64,000 bases of DNA from Alphaproteobacteria bacterium (lineage in GTDB: Bacteria > Pseudomonadota > Alphaproteobacteria > JBFXJJ01), in the NCBI GenBank assembly GCA_050175015.1, contig JBFXJJ010000005.1, positions 108,953 to 172,952 on the forward strand, given 5' to 3'. Shown here piece after piece: positions 61,187 through 64,000 of this stretch (position 1 is its first letter; every line of letters begins with the position of its first letter). Position numbers and translations under genes: made by a program. Below the pieces are notes generated by a model, which did no database searches, was not told the DNA's origin, and was given only the letters and a program-made list of their open reading frames with translations.

Positions 61187-63184
61187 TTATGGCACTGCCT
61201 CAACTTCTTTATCGGCAAAACCCGCATAAGCACTGTTAGTAATCCTGTTCATTTTACGTTTAATACGATCATACCGACTTTCAGGTGTGTTCTGTGTTGC
61301 CTTGCTTTTGGTATCAATAACACCTTTGGTCGAGATTAGACTTTTCTTAGCACAAATGTTGCTGGCTGAGTTCCACAATTTTCCATCGCTGCAAAGGCAG
61401 ATACCATTATGATACGTCGAACCACTAGGACAACTCTCACACGATCCACTAACCCAAACCTTGTTAGTTGAACTGCAATTTGAACAAAAGGCGTTATATT
61501 GCCCTGCATTAATACATTTATCGACACCGCATTCACTATCCGCAAAGCACAAAGGTTCAACGCAACCTCCTGAACCGTCAGCGACAAAACCATCATCACA
61601 AGTACATTGCATATTGGCAAAACAACTTACGCAATCATAATTGGAGTTGCACATCATACCTTGTGTTGTGCAATTACCAGAAAGTCCACTGGTAGAAGAG
61701 CAAGAACGGCAATTTTCACTTCGCCAATAAGGAAGCTCATTCGCACAACAAGAAAGGGTTGAGCGATTGCAGGATACTCCTGTTGGGCATAAGTCATCAC
61801 TGTAACTACAGGAATTTGCGCCTGTTGCCTTGTTACATTCACCTACACAGCACAAACTATTGTTCATACAAGTTCCCGTTCCCGTTGGTTGTTGTGAGGT
61901 TCCGCAACCACAAGCGCCACAACCATCAGAGGCATCACAGTCAGCACAAGTTCCTGTTGCCGAACAGCTTCGTCCCGCATCGCAGCTTGATGATGAACAT
62001 TCACAAATACCGTTGTTATTTGTTACAACACAGTTTGGGTGTTCTCCTGAGCAACTATCACCAGCTACGCAGATGCCGTCATTCATAACTGCACATCCCG
62101 TGCAGTTTTGTTTTCTCAATTCAGGGTAATTGTTGGTTGGCATATACCAAACGGTATCAAAATCCCAGCCCGAAAACGTATTTTGTGTTTTCAGGTCTGT
62201 CGTAGTTTTACCTATACCTCCTGAACTTGTTGCTACACCGGAAATCTGAGTATCCCAATAGCTGTTAATGCCACAGGAACCGCTACACAAAGCAATTAAG
62301 CCGCCTACATATCCATTGACACCACTGCTTCCATTATAGCTACCATAACCACTGCCACTTCCTCCTGCTCCAGCTCTAGCTCCAGAAACAGCAACCACAG
62401 CATAACTATTATTGATACTATTAGAAGAAGAATATCCCACAAGACCACCAACATAACCTCCACCGCCGCCGCCGCCGCCAGCACCACCATAGTATCCATT
62501 ACTACCATTGCCACCATTGGCTCCAGACGCAACTCCTGTAACATATACATCATTTAAAATAGTACTGTTTGCATAACCTATTATGCCGCCAATAGCACCG
62601 CCACTACCGCCACCAGCACCACCATAACTCCAAGTATTAATGCTCGCACCGCTACCGCAACCACCACCGCCATTACCAAATCCTCCACTGCCACCAGAAC
62701 CACAATTGGCATTGCCACCATTGCCACCTCTACGATTACTGATATCTCCGTAACCGCTAGAATCACTATAAACTCCACCACAGCCACATCCTCCCCGACC
62801 AGAAGCACTGCCAACACCGCCAACTCCAACCGAACCACTTGCTGAATTGGTGCCATTTTGCCCATTAGCACCAGAAAAATTAATCCCAGACAAACCGATA
62901 TTAAAAATTTCAGCGCCGTCAGTATATCCAAAAAGACCGATATAATAATTAGTTGGCCTGTTGATTACCAAATTACTTATTGCAAATCCTCTGCCATTAA
63001 GCTTACCTAGAAAAGGTGCCGTTTTACTACCAATAGGCACAAAGCCAGCGCCGCTATTCCAATTGATGGTATCACTGCAATCTATATCGTTTGCGAGGTA
63101 GTAGCTGCCTGCAAGATTATTGCTCATTGCTTGCAGTCCTACGCAGGTTGTAATGACTGTTTGACTATAACCATTACTAGGATA
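61187..63184 (-). CDS. GLUG-type, Gly-rich and Cys-rich exported protein body (headless until switch 2 inverts)
   Basis: YPSNGYSQTVITTC continues in frame into the 646-aa ORF; Cys-rich part and RY.RIKRKMNRIT.SAYAG tail shared with locus 1. Confidence 0.85.
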   Translation of the reverse strand, partial: YPSNGYSQTVITTCVGLQAMSNNLAGSYYLANDIDCSDTINWNSGAGFVPIGSKTAPFLGKLNGRGFAISNLVINRPTNYYIGLFGYTDGAEIFNIGLSGINFSGANGQNGTNSASGSVGVGGVGSASGRGGCGCGGVYSDSSGYGDISNRRGGNGGNANCGSGGSGGFGNGGGGCGSGASINTWSYGGAGGGSGGAIGGIIGYANSTILNDVYVTGVASGANGGNGSNGYYGGAGGGGGGGGYVGGLVGYSSSNSINNSYAVVAVSGARAGAGGSGSGYGSYNGSSGVNGYVGGLIALCSGSCGINSYWDTQISGVATSSGGIGKTTTDLKTQNTFSGWDFDTVWYMPTNNYPELRKQNCTGCAVMNDGICVAGDSCSGEHPNCVVTNNNGICECSSSSCDAGRSCSATGTCADCDASDGCGACGCGTSQQPTGTGTCMNNSLCCVGECNKATGANSCSYSDDLCPTGVSCNRSTLSCCANELPYWRSENCRSCSSTSGLSGNCTTQGMMCNSNYDCVSCFANMQCTCDDGFVADGSGGCVEPLCFADSECGVDKCINAGQYNAFCSNCSSTNKVWVSGSCESCPSGSTYHNGICLCSDGKLWNSASNICAKKSLISTKGVIDTKSKATQNTPESRYDRIKRKMNRITNSAYAGFADKEVEAVP

Positions 63185-63744
63185 TATCCTATGTTTTTAA
63201 GCATTTTAATAAAAATTTTTTGATTAAAAATATTAAAAATCAATATGTTATGCGTTTGTTAAATTTTGGTAAAAAAGGGTTATATTAAAAAATAATGTTT
63301 AAACGTTACCTATATGCTACCCTAAAAAGATATAAATTTTCATATAAAACACCTTAATATCAATATGTTATATAAAAACAATATTTTTTAAATAACATAT
63401 TTTAAGAAAGAATAGATACCCGTATGTTACCCATCAGTTATTTTTATAAAAATATTTAGTTATTTCAATGTGTTATCTTTGTTGTTTTTTGTTGTTAAAA
63501 TGCAAAAAAGATTGTTAAAAAGATGTTACAAAAAGTTTAAGAATAAAAAGCTACCAAAACTTTTTTATCCAAATTAGCTGCTTAGTTAAAAAATATTATA
63601 CTTGCCAAAGTCGCAAAATCACGGCAAAATAAAGCCAAGTATAATAATATATTTTAATGAAAGGATAAGGTTATGAAAAATAAATATAAGCTTATTAGTA
63701 TAATGTTTTTGATTATAACGCAGCTGTATCCTAGTAATGGTTAT
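63167..63744. promoter_or_regulatory. Invertible switch 2 (18-bp IRs, 542-bp internal segment), OFF orientation
   Basis: ATAACCATTACTAGGATA 63167-63184 and TATCCTAGTAATGGTTAT 63727-63744; promoter-like TTGCCA-N17-CAAAAT 63602-63630. Confidence 0.85.
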
Positions 63745-63783
63745 TATTTATTGTTAAAAAATGTTTCATATATTAAAATATGA
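63673..63783 (+). CDS. Inverted start/signal-peptide module of locus 2 (36-aa OFF-state peptide)
   Basis: AAGGATAAGG RBS; MKNKYKLISIMFLIITQL-YPSNGY-YLLLKNVSYIKI*. Confidence 0.8.
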   Translation: MKNKYKLISIMFLIITQLYPSNGYYLLLKNVSYIKI

Positions 63784-63873
63784 CATTTTTATTAAATATT
63801 TATTATTAATATGGTTTTTATATTATTTTTTTCATTTATGCAACTTTATTTTTAGTTTTAAATCTTAGACTCG

Positions 63874-63985
63874 CAAAAAAAGCGAGAGATTTCTTAAAGA
63901 TTTAGGTCATTTAAGGAATCCCTCGTTTTTTAAATCAGGGTTTGTTCTTGCAAAGTTTTTTTAAATTTCTATTTATCACCTCCTT
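63874..63985 (-). repeat. 112-bp direct repeat, copy B
   Basis: Identical by eye to 60927-61038. Confidence 0.92.
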
Positions 63986-64000
63986 TTTATTTAAATCGCC

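Noticed and set aside
60988-61233. 81-aa ORF downstream of locus 2
   Set aside because: Runs through palindromic repeats, overlaps the gene end, and is not preserved at locus 1 apart from the last 14 codons

Overview
AT-rich alphaproteobacterial chromosome segment; the lineage is inferred from gene order (dusB-ntrY-ntrX-trkA-hfq-hflX, aroQ-accB-accC-aat). The housekeeping backbone includes holB, tatD, a moxR/Bat operon, uvrD, tRNA-Met, mazG, ispDF and tdk. Two accessory systems stand out. (1) Two paralogous GLUG-repeat, Cys-rich protein genes (36519-39227 +, 61187-63184 -) have no usable start or signal peptide. In each, the promoter, RBS, ATG and 18 signal-peptide codons lie backwards inside a ~550-bp segment bounded by perfect 19/18-bp inverted repeats. 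Flipping the segment restores an in-frame exported protein. Both segments share an exactly spaced scaffold of IHF-like sites and GGTAAC box pairs, no recombinase is in the window, and a third unit probably starts at the right edge. This reads as a multi-locus phase-variation system with an invertible signal peptide. (2) A ~16.6-kb island at tRNA-Met carries a type I secretion pair, one 1736-aa RTX protein and an upstream array of [membrane protein + alternative N-terminal head + ~0.5-kb shared linker] cassettes, resembling a polymorphic toxin system with N-terminal warheads. All calls come from reading the sequence; no searches were run.
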